NCBI GenBank assembly: GCA_964431625.1
Contig: CAYSJT010000002.1
Coordinates: 1-36,085, forward strand
Source of the DNA: an uncultured Gammaproteobacteria bacterium
Lineage (GTDB): Bacteria; Patescibacteriota; Patescibacteriia; Patescibacteriales; UBA12465
DNA length: 36,085 bases
Reading direction: 5' to 3'
Under the pieces are notes generated by a model. That model worked only from the letters and a program-made list of their open reading frames with translations, made no database searches and had not been told where the DNA came from. Each line of letters starts with the position of its first letter. The stretch's first letter is position 1. Both the position numbers and the translations under genes were made by a program. Shown here one piece after another: positions 16,878 through 23,638 of this stretch.

Positions 16878-19286
16878 ATGGCCGAAAAAATTTTCATCAA
16901 ATTTTTTTCCGAGCTGACCATCAAGGATGTACCGTCAGTCGGTGGCAAGAACGCCTCTCTGGGGGAGATGTATAGCCGCCTCAAAGCCGAAGGCATCCGA
17001 GTGCCTAACGGATTTGCCACTACCGCTGAAGCTTATCGCCGCTTTTTTGAAGCTACCGGCCTGGAAGCTAAAATCAAACAGGAGCTGTCCGGTCTCAATA
17101 CTAAGGATGTCCACGATCTCATGGCTCGGGGAGAAAAAGTGAGACGGCTGATATTAGCCGCTCGCTTGCCGGAAGATTTTTCCTTGGCTATTAAAGATGC
17201 CTATCAGCGGCTGTCTAAAGAATACAAGACTAAGGAACTGGATGTGGCCGTCCGTTCCAGCGCCACGGCCGAAGATCTGCCCGACGCCTCTTTCGCCGGC
17301 CAACAAGAGACATATTTGAATGTTAAAGGGGAAAAGCAGGTATTGGCGGCGGTTAAAAAATGTATCGCCTCCTTATTTACTGATCGGGCAATTTCCTATC
17401 GCGTTGACAAGAAATTCGATCATTTCTCAATCGCCCTATCCGTTGGCGTTCAGAGAATGGTCAGGGCCGACCTCGGCTCCTCAGGCGTGATGTTCACTAT
17501 TGACACTGAGTCTGGTTTTTCTAACGCCGTTCTTATTAATTCTATCTATGGCCTGGGCGAAAACATGGTTCAGGGCAAGGTCAACCCGGATGAATTTTAT
17601 GTCTTCAAACCTAGCGGCGCCATTATTTCCCGTAGTTTAGGAGATAAGGCATTTAAGATGATATATAATACTGGCGGCGCTAATCCGGTAAAGAATATTC
17701 CGGTTTCAGAGATCGACCGCCGCAAGCCTTCGATTTCCGACCGCCAAGTCAAGCAGCTGGCCAAGTGGGGGCAGATAATCGAGAAGCACTATAATCGCCC
17801 GATGGACATAGAGTGGGCTTTAGATGGCCGGACTAATGAGCTATATATCATCCAAGCCAGACCGGAGACTGTCCAAAGCGTCAAGGATTGGCGGATAATC
17901 GAGCGCTACCATTTGTCTAAGAAGAGCCGGGTGATAATCAGCGGCCAGAGCGTGGGGAATAAGATAGGCGCCGGCCGGGCCCGCCGCATCATGGGGGTCA
18001 AGGATATAGGCAGCTTCAAGCCCGGCGAAGTCTTAGTGACTGATATGACTGATCCGGATTGGGAGCCGATAATGAAGATAGCCTCAGCTATAGTCGCGGA
18101 TAAGGGCGGCCGGACTTGCCACGCGGCCATTGTTTCCCGAGAGCTTGGCATTCCCTGCGTTGTCGGCACGGGCAAGGCCTCTGGACGCATCAAAACCGGT
18201 CAGCCGGTGACAGTTAGCTGTGCCGAAGGGGAAGTCGGCTTCGTCTATGACGGCCAGCTGCCTTTCAAGGTAGAAAAATCAGACATCGGCAGTCTGAAGC
18301 GCCCCAAAACCAAGATTATGCTCAATATCGCTGAACCGGACTTAGCCTTTCTCTCGTCCTTTCTTCCTAACGAGGGCGTCGGCCTAGCCAGATTAGAGTT
18401 CATCATCAATAACTACATTAAGATACATCCGCTAGCCCTGATTAACTTCCGCCAGCTCAAGGACCAGAGAGCTAAGGCAAAGATAGCCCAGCTTACAGTG
18501 GGGCATAAGAACAAATCGCAGTACTTCGTGGATCGCCTGGCTCAAGGTATCGCTATGATCGCCGCCGCTTTCTATCCTAAAGATGTTATTCTTCGGCTCA
18601 GCGATTTCAAGACTAACGAATATGCTAATCTAATAGGCGGTCGGGAATATGAGCCGGAAGAGGCAAACCCCATGATCGGCTTCCGCGGCGCCAGCCGCTA
18701 CTACTCCCCCTTGTTCTTGCCGGCTTTCCGCCTGGAGTGCCAGGCAATACGCAAAGTCCGGGAAACTATGGGGCTCAAGAATTTGAAAGTGATGGTGCCT
18801 TTCTGCCGCACTGTGGAAGAGGGCAAAAAAGTCCAAGCGATAATGGCAGAAAACGGCTTGAAACGTGGCCAGGACGGTTTGGAAATATATGTTATGGCCG
18901 AGCTGCCAGCCAATATTGTCTTGGCCAATAGATTTGCTGATATTTTTGACGGCTTCTCGATCGGATCTAATGACCTCACTCAACTGGCCTTGGGGATAGA
19001 TAGGGATTCTGGCGCCACCTTGCAAATCGCCGGAGAAGCTAACGAAAAGAATGAAGCTATCAAAGAAATGATCAAGAGTCTGATTCGCGTGGCCAAGAAG
19101 CGCCGTCGCAAAGTCGGCATCTGCGGCCAGGCGCCCAGCGACTTTCCCGACTTTGCCGAGTTCCTGGTGGAACAGGGAATAGACAGCATTTCCCTTAACC
19201 CAGATTCGGTTATTCCCACCACTATCGCCATTAATCAGAAGGAAAAAGCTTTGCGTCGGCGCGGTTTCCTCAGCTTCCTGTTTTAG
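16878..19286 (+). CDS. ppsA: Phosphoenolpyruvate synthase (pyruvate, water dikinase)
   Basis: 802 aa. Contains N-terminal DVPSVGGKNASLGEM, the phosphohistidine motif GGRTCHAAIVSRELGIPCVVG and the C-terminal PEP-utilising TIM-barrel motif GFSIGSNDLTQL. Confidence 0.93.
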   Translation: MAEKIFIKFFSELTIKDVPSVGGKNASLGEMYSRLKAEGIRVPNGFATTAEAYRRFFEATGLEAKIKQELSGLNTKDVHDLMARGEKVRRLILAARLPEDFSLAIKDAYQRLSKEYKTKELDVAVRSSATAEDLPDASFAGQQETYLNVKGEKQVLAAVKKCIASLFTDRAISYRVDKKFDHFSIALSVGVQRMVRADLGSSGVMFTIDTESGFSNAVLINSIYGLGENMVQGKVNPDEFYVFKPSGAIISRSLGDKAFKMIYNTGGANPVKNIPVSEIDRRKPSISDRQVKQLAKWGQIIEKHYNRPMDIEWALDGRTNELYIIQARPETVQSVKDWRIIERYHLSKKSRVIISGQSVGNKIGAGRARRIMGVKDIGSFKPGEVLVTDMTDPDWEPIMKIASAIVADKGGRTCHAAIVSRELGIPCVVGTGKASGRIKTGQPVTVSCAEGEVGFVYDGQLPFKVEKSDIGSLKRPKTKIMLNIAEPDLAFLSSFLPNEGVGLARLEFIINNYIKIHPLALINFRQLKDQRAKAKIAQLTVGHKNKSQYFVDRLAQGIAMIAAAFYPKDVILRLSDFKTNEYANLIGGREYEPEEANPMIGFRGASRYYSPLFLPAFRLECQAIRKVRETMGLKNLKVMVPFCRTVEEGKKVQAIMAENGLKRGQDGLEIYVMAELPANIVLANRFADIFDGFSIGSNDLTQLALGIDRDSGATLQIAGEANEKNEAIKEMIKSLIRVAKKRRRKVGICGQAPSDFPDFAEFLVEQGIDSISLNPDSVIPTTIAINQKEKALRRRGFLSFLF

Positions 19287-19303
19287 AAGAGAATGTTTGA
19301 TAT

Positions 19304-19338
19304 AAAAACAGCCCCGGTTATAAGCCGGAGCTGTTTTT
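19304..19338. terminator. Bidirectional hairpin terminator between ppsA and the 3D-domain gene
   Basis: AAAAACAGC-CCGGT...GCCGG-GCTGTTTTT, a long interrupted stem flanked by A- and T-tracts. Confidence 0.75.
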
Positions 19339-19358
19339 ATATCAATCTGAAAATTATC

Positions 19359-19940
19359 TTAATTTATTTCCACCACTCTAATCTCGGCGACTTTGACGCC
19401 GAACTTGATGGCATCGCTCCTTTCTTTCATCCAGACATCCACCCGGTCGCTATGGCGCTTGTTCATCCTGTCCCGGACAACAAAGACGCGGTCGCCGAAC
19501 AGTTCTGGGATTTGCACCTTAGTGCCGAACTTGAGAAAGTTGGCGGCAATGGTATCCTCCTCGCCGTGGGCGCAGACATTGAAGCCGTTGGCAGTGATGC
19601 AGGGGGAATCGTCAGTTTGGGCCGCTTCGGAATTATAGGCGGTAATGACATGGCGGCTGGATCTGATAACTTTGATTTCCGGGCTTGAACTAGCCATATC
19701 CTCAGCCAACTTAGCCGCCTCCTGATCCATCGCCTCCTCCTTGCTTATTGTCTCCAGGCTGATGATTTCTTCATCCTGGCTGGGAGCAGCCGCCTGAGCC
19801 TGTTTAACCGCGTAATCGGCTAAAACCGGGCCGTAGAAGAGGGCGAATTGGAAGAGCATGACTATGAAGATGAGCAGGGACAAGCCCTGCCGCATACTAA
19901 GAGGCACTATTTCTTCGCCCAGTTTTTGGAGCATTTTCAT
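19359..19940 (-). CDS. Membrane-anchored 3D-domain protein (MltA/RlpA-like double-psi barrel; putative cell-wall binding or lytic protein)
   Basis: One N-terminal TM helix and an acidic linker. The C-terminal VITAYNSEAAQTDDSPCITANG...GTKVQIPELFGDRVFVVRDRMNKRHSDRVDVWM carries the three conserved Asp positions of the 3D domain. Confidence 0.75.
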   Translation of the reverse strand: MKMLQKLGEEIVPLSMRQGLSLLIFIVMLFQFALFYGPVLADYAVKQAQAAAPSQDEEIISLETISKEEAMDQEAAKLAEDMASSSPEIKVIRSSRHVITAYNSEAAQTDDSPCITANGFNVCAHGEEDTIAANFLKFGTKVQIPELFGDRVFVVRDRMNKRHSDRVDVWMKERSDAIKFGVKVAEIRVVEIN

Positions 19941-20071
19941 ATTTGCTTTATATTAGCCAAATTAAAAAACCCCTACTCTACCACATAGCGTGATAATAAA
20001 GCAGGGATTTTCTTGACTAAGTAGCTTAGCAGAAGGAAAGGCAAAAGTCAACCCTGGCCTGGGGATAACTA

Positions 20072-20100
20072 TTGACATATTTTATTTAATGTGCTATACT
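20072..20100 (+). promoter_or_regulatory. Candidate strong promoter for the 20188 ORF
   Basis: TTGACA (20072-20077), 17 nt, TATACT (20095-20100). Confidence 0.5.
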
Positions 20101-20187
20101 ATCCAGATAGTCGAAATATAGATTATCAAGCAAAAAAGGGATTTTTGCCCTTTAAAAACTGAATATTAACAAAAAATACAGATACCC

Positions 20188-21024
20188 ATGAAAAAGTTAG
20201 CACTAGTATTGTTCGCCACCTTAGTGGCAGTTTCCATGTTCGCCCAACCGACCCGCCAGCAGCGCAAGCAGCTGGATATGTTGGAGGAAGAAATAACCAG
20301 GGAAAAGATCGCCCTGGTAAAGCTGGAGGGCAGCCTCTACCCGGATTATTCCGAGAAGGTTGCTTCTCTCAAGGCCGAGAACGATTCTGTAAAACAGATC
20401 GTCCTCCCGACCGACTCCGCAGCCGCTGCTAAACGCGCCCTGGAAACCCGGCTCCTGGTTGAGAAGAACCAGAAGCAGATTGTCCACCTGACAGCCGCTT
20501 CGGCCGAGGCGTATAAAAACGCCGAGATCGAAGCTAAGATCACTGAGAAAAAAAACAAGATCCGCGTGCTCGAGGAGCAGCGGGATCGCATTTTTTTCTC
20601 GGCGGCCACTACCGATGAAATCCCCAGGGAGATGAACCACTGCACTACTCGCCGCCGCCACAACGCCAACCATATCAGGCGGGAGGAACTGGTTATTCAA
20701 AAAGTGGAGAACACCTTAAATGGCCAGAGTGGTCAAGCGATAACTCCAGTCGCTGATTCAGCAGGGTTCATGGTCATTTTGCACAATGATTATGCCCTGC
20801 CGATCCAGTTCTCCATCGCCGGAATTAACGGTGGCGACAAAAAAAGTTATGTACTGCGAAAGGGAGAAAAGACCAAAGCCTATCTCGTCCCCGGCCAATA
20901 CAGGGTCACCTTCCTGCGCGGAGGCAACACCATTGGCCACCCGGTCGTTCTGACCATAGACGGGTCGGTGCATAACTATATGGGCGAAGATTGTTTCGGC
21001 TTCGCCTATATGCCAAGATATTAG
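20188..21024 (+). CDS. Secreted hypothetical protein: signal peptide, coiled-coil-like middle, beta-rich C-terminal domain
   Basis: MKKLALVLFATLVAVSMFA|QP is a signal peptide. A heptad-like E/K/L/Q-rich segment follows, then a C-terminal 110 aa rich in beta-type residues. By eye the GC content is higher than in the neighbours. Confidence 0.65.
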   Translation: MKKLALVLFATLVAVSMFAQPTRQQRKQLDMLEEEITREKIALVKLEGSLYPDYSEKVASLKAENDSVKQIVLPTDSAAAAKRALETRLLVEKNQKQIVHLTAASAEAYKNAEIEAKITEKKNKIRVLEEQRDRIFFSAATTDEIPREMNHCTTRRRHNANHIRREELVIQKVENTLNGQSGQAITPVADSAGFMVILHNDYALPIQFSIAGINGGDKKSYVLRKGEKTKAYLVPGQYRVTFLRGGNTIGHPVVLTIDGSVHNYMGEDCFGFAYMPRY

Positions 21025-21042
21025 GCAAAATATTTCCGGAAC

Positions 21043-21076
21043 AAAAAAAGGAGCTATCGCTGATAGCTCCGTTTTT
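21043..21076. terminator. Bidirectional hairpin terminator
   Basis: A7, GGAGCTATC (21050-21058), 3-nt loop, GATAGCTCC (21062-21070), then GTTTTT. It is shared by the convergent 20188 ORF and the pilin-like array. Confidence 0.8.
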
Positions 21077-21095
21077 ATATCCAAATATTCCTGTC

Positions 21096-21506
21096 TTATA
21101 TCGGATCACTGCTACCTCCCTGAGGGGCGCCGCCGCTGAAGGGGAGATAGGTGAAGATGAAGTAGGTGATGGCATAGGCGGCCAGGACGATGACTAAACC
21201 GATGACCGCCGTTTTGATTATCCCCATAGCCTTCTTAGCCTGTTCTTCATTGCCGGCAGCCGTCATCCATTGGAATCCGGCCACAACCATTAAGACGACG
21301 AAGATGAGGGCGAGGAAGCCAAGGGCGATCTTGATTATGTTGGCGATAAGAATACTAAGCGGAATGTCCCCTAGCTGCGCGGTTGTGGCCATTTCATCAG
21401 TTAGGTCTTTTAACTTTTCAGGGCTATTTAATAATTGGGCCGAGGCAGGATCTATAGAAAAAAATATTACTGATATCAAACCAATAATAATGAAGATTTT
21501 TTTCAT
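21096..21506 (-). CDS. Pilin-like paralogue P1: signal peptide plus two-TM small protein (VirB2/TrbC-like topology)
   Basis: 136 aa. Signal peptide ends ASA|Q. Core is AGFQWMTAAGNEEQAKKAMGIIKTAVIGLVIVLAAYAITYF. Confidence 0.8.
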   Translation of the reverse strand: MKKIFIIIGLISVIFFSIDPASAQLLNSPEKLKDLTDEMATTAQLGDIPLSILIANIIKIALGFLALIFVVLMVVAGFQWMTAAGNEEQAKKAMGIIKTAVIGLVIVLAAYAITYFIFTYLPFSGGAPQGGSSDPI

Positions 21507-21513
21507 AAACGGT

Positions 21514-21909
21514 TTACAATATTAGTTTTTCAAAGACAAAGTTCCAGATAACCCAGGCTGAGAGAGAAACGACTAGTCCGATGATGGCTGTTTTAATGGT
21601 GGCCATTGCCTTTTTAGTTTTTTCCTCATTACCACTGGCCGTCATCCAGCTATAGCCGGCGATAACCATAAGTATTATAAAAACGATGCCGGTGAAGTTA
21701 ATAAAAGCACCGACAATAGTCCCGATAATGATCGGCGTGGAGGCAATGGTGGAATCAGTAACATACCCCCCTTTATCAGCTACATTCTGCAGTCTCTTTA
21801 TCAGCGGCGCGTCTCCGTTGGTCGCAGCATTTTGTGCTGAGGCTAGGAGTGGTAAGGCTAGGCAGACGGCCAAAATAGCTATAATTAAGGACTTTTTGAG
21901 TTTTAGCAT
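21514..21909 (-). CDS. Pilin-like paralogue P2
   Basis: 131 aa. Signal peptide ends ASA|Q. Core is AGYSWMTASGNEEKTKKAMATIKTAIIGLVVSLSAWVIW. Confidence 0.8.
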   Translation of the reverse strand: MLKLKKSLIIAILAVCLALPLLASAQNAATNGDAPLIKRLQNVADKGGYVTDSTIASTPIIIGTIVGAFINFTGIVFIILMVIAGYSWMTASGNEEKTKKAMATIKTAIIGLVVSLSAWVIWNFVFEKLIL

Positions 21910-21913
21910 ATAT

Positions 21914-22252
21914 TTAGCCTTTAATGAATTTTGCTAAGATGGTTGAGAAGCCGTAACTGAGAGCATAACCGAGCAGGACAATTACCAAGCCAATAATAAG
22001 TGATTGGATTCTGGCGCGTGCTTTTTTTATTTTTTCCTCATTTCCGGCCGCTTGCATCCAATCATTGCCGGCGACAAATATGAGGGTAATAAATATTATT
22101 CCAAGTATGGAGAGAGCCAGTCTTATTATTGCGCCTATCATCTCTTCCAGGTTAGCGCCAGCTGAGGGGTACATTCCAAGATTTTCAACATTCTCCTTGA
22201 ACCTGAATGCAGTAGGCCCGTTATCTTTGATTATGGAAGCTATTTGGCGCAT
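21914..22252 (-). CDS. Pilin-like paralogue P3 (no N-terminal signal peptide)
   Basis: 112 aa. Core is AGNDWMQAAGNEEKIKKARARIQSLIIGLVIVLLGYALSY. The N-terminus MRQIASIIKDNGPTAFRFKEN is hydrophilic. Confidence 0.7.
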   Translation of the reverse strand: MRQIASIIKDNGPTAFRFKENVENLGMYPSAGANLEEMIGAIIRLALSILGIIFITLIFVAGNDWMQAAGNEEKIKKARARIQSLIIGLVIVLLGYALSYGFSTILAKFIKG

Positions 22253-22253
22253 A

Positions 22254-22652
22254 TTATTCCCAGAAGTAATTTAAGAAGAAATAGCTGATAGCATAGGCTG
22301 CAATGGTGATAATAAGTCCGAGGAGCGCCCCCATGACTATCTTATTAGCCTTCTTCACCCTCTCTTCGTTGCCGTCGGCTGTCATCCAGGTAAAGCCGCC
22401 GTATAAGATTAGAGATAGGAAAATTACGCCAAGTAATCCAAGGACAGCATAAATTATTGTGCTAATAATGTCTTCCACAGTGCTGGCTGTTTGGTCAGTA
22501 ACAAATCCAGCTGTATCAGCTGCTTTATTAAGTCCGCTCTGAGAGCCGAAATCATAGCTTTGAGCGAAGAGGTGGTAGGATGGAGCAAATAGAATAAGGC
22601 AAGAAATAGTTAACGCAAGCAAGCGGCTCATATCATTTAAGGATAATTTCAT
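22254..22652 (-). CDS. Pilin-like paralogue P4
   Basis: Signal peptide ends LFA|Q. Core is GGFTWMTADGNEERVKKANKIVMGALLGLIITIAAYAISYF. The start is ambiguous: TTG 22658, ATG 22652 or ATG 22631. Confidence 0.78.
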   Translation of the reverse strand: MKLSLNDMSRLLALTISCLILFAPSYHLFAQSYDFGSQSGLNKAADTAGFVTDQTASTVEDIISTIIYAVLGLLGVIFLSLILYGGFTWMTADGNEERVKKANKIVMGALLGLIITIAAYAISYFFLNYFWE

Positions 22653-23022
22653 TACCAATGAACATGGTTAGGGCATAGGCAGCGAAAACAATGATGATAC
22701 CGATAACCGCGTTCATAAGCAGACTCTTGGCTTTTGTAATCTGGGCTTCGTTTCCAGCGGCGGTCATCCAGGAAATGCCGGCGTAGACCATAAGGATGAA
22801 GAAGAGGACGCCGATGAAACGTAGTAAAGCCCCAATTACCTGGCCGGTTTTTTCTGGGATAAAACCACTATAGTCCCCTGAAGTTTTGTTTTTAAAAGCA
22901 TCAACTTCTCCGGCTGTTTGGTTCAAGCCGTCCAGGGTATTAACAATTTGGGCTGAAACAGGATAAGCGACAGCGCTGAGTAAAGCAAAGGCGAAAATAA
23001 TAACCAAAGCTATTTTTTTCAT
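22633..23022 (-). CDS. Pilin-like paralogue P5
   Basis: The start is taken at MKKIALVIIFAFALLSAVAYPVSA|Q (ATG 23022). Core is AGISWMTAAGNEAQITKAKSLLMNAVIGIIIVFAAYALTMF. The longer ORF reaching 23103 lacks a signal-peptide-like beginning. Confidence 0.78.
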   Translation of the reverse strand: MKKIALVIIFAFALLSAVAYPVSAQIVNTLDGLNQTAGEVDAFKNKTSGDYSGFIPEKTGQVIGALLRFIGVLFFILMVYAGISWMTAAGNEAQITKAKSLLMNAVIGIIIVFAAYALTMFIGNEIILK

Positions 23023-23114
23023 AAGCGAAGATTTAATCACTGAACTAGGAGGAAGGCAGGCTTCCGCCCAGTTCAGTGGCCCCCATAATCCGATGGGAAC
23101 CACGTATTTTAATC

Positions 23115-23501
23115 CTAGTTTCCGCTAGTGGCGTTGTAGATGGAGTTGACGATGAAGGTCGCCAAGGCCCAAGCCGCCATAACGATGACCAGGCCGATGA
23201 CGCCAGCACCCAGGAGTTTCTTAGATTCAGAAACCTTGTCTTCGTTGCCGCCAGCCGTCATCCACTTGAAGCCGCCGATGATGATGATAATGACAGCGAT
23301 GACGCCCAGGAAGCCCAGGGCCATATTGATGATGCGGCCGACGATTTCTCTCGGATCCGAGTTGGATAAGGCGTTGTTAAGGCCGTTTTCCACCTCGTTA
23401 AAGCCAAATTGGTTTTGAGCCAGGGCCGGCATAGCGACCAAGGGTAGGACCAGTAAGGAAATGATGGCGAAAGAAATCAAGTGTTTGGAAATTTTTTTCA
23501 T
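23115..23501 (-). CDS. Pilin-like paralogue P6 (first gene of the array; the only strong SD in the window)
   Basis: 128 aa. Signal peptide ends ALA|Q. Core is GGFKWMTAGGNEDKVSESKKLLGAGVIGLVIVMAAWALATF. It is preceded by GAAGGGGGGTGAACT-ATG. Confidence 0.82.
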   Translation of the reverse strand: MKKISKHLISFAIISLLVLPLVAMPALAQNQFGFNEVENGLNNALSNSDPREIVGRIINMALGFLGVIAVIIIIIGGFKWMTAGGNEDKVSESKKLLGAGVIGLVIVMAAWALATFIVNSIYNATSGN

Positions 23502-23549
23502 AGTTCACCCCCCTTCTTTTCAACAAATTAGTTTTTGTTTTACTCTTTA

Positions 23550-23578
23550 ATTTTAGCATATTGCCTAAAACAAGACAA
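23550..23578 (-). promoter_or_regulatory. Candidate promoter of the pilin-like array
   Basis: On the minus strand: TTGTCT (23578-23573), 17 nt, TAAAAT (23555-23550), about 45 nt upstream of the P6 ATG. Confidence 0.45.
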
Positions 23579-23638
23579 ATAAAAAGGGCTATGTTAGAAT
23601 AAGGTTAGGTCTTGGCCAACTTTAAGCGATTCTTGTCT

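Noticed and set aside
20140-20170. Overlapping alternative hairpins (GCAAAAA/TTTTTGC versus AAGGG/CCCTT) in the 5' UTR of the 20188 ORF as a possible riboswitch or attenuator
   Set aside because: The stems are only 5-7 bp and AT-rich. No U-tract or conserved riboswitch core is recognisable, so this is too weak to call.
20221-20700. 159-aa and 107-aa minus-strand ORFs opposite the 20188 ORF
   Set aside because: Locally higher GC suppresses stop codons on the antisense strand. The plus-strand product has a proper signal peptide, promoter and terminator.
23076-23418. 97-aa and 92-aa plus-strand ORFs opposite P6
   Set aside because: They are antisense to a member of a seven-fold conserved paralogue family and are compositionally biased (D/A-rich or P/M/T-rich).
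21096-23501. Whether the periodically recurring conserved DNA segment (about every 400 bp) could be a CRISPR-like or other non-coding repeat array
   Set aside because: The conserved segment is the coding sequence of the W-M-T-A-x-G-N-E loop. It lies inside full-length ORFs with signal peptides. Its spacing and length do not fit CRISPR repeats, and no cas genes are present.
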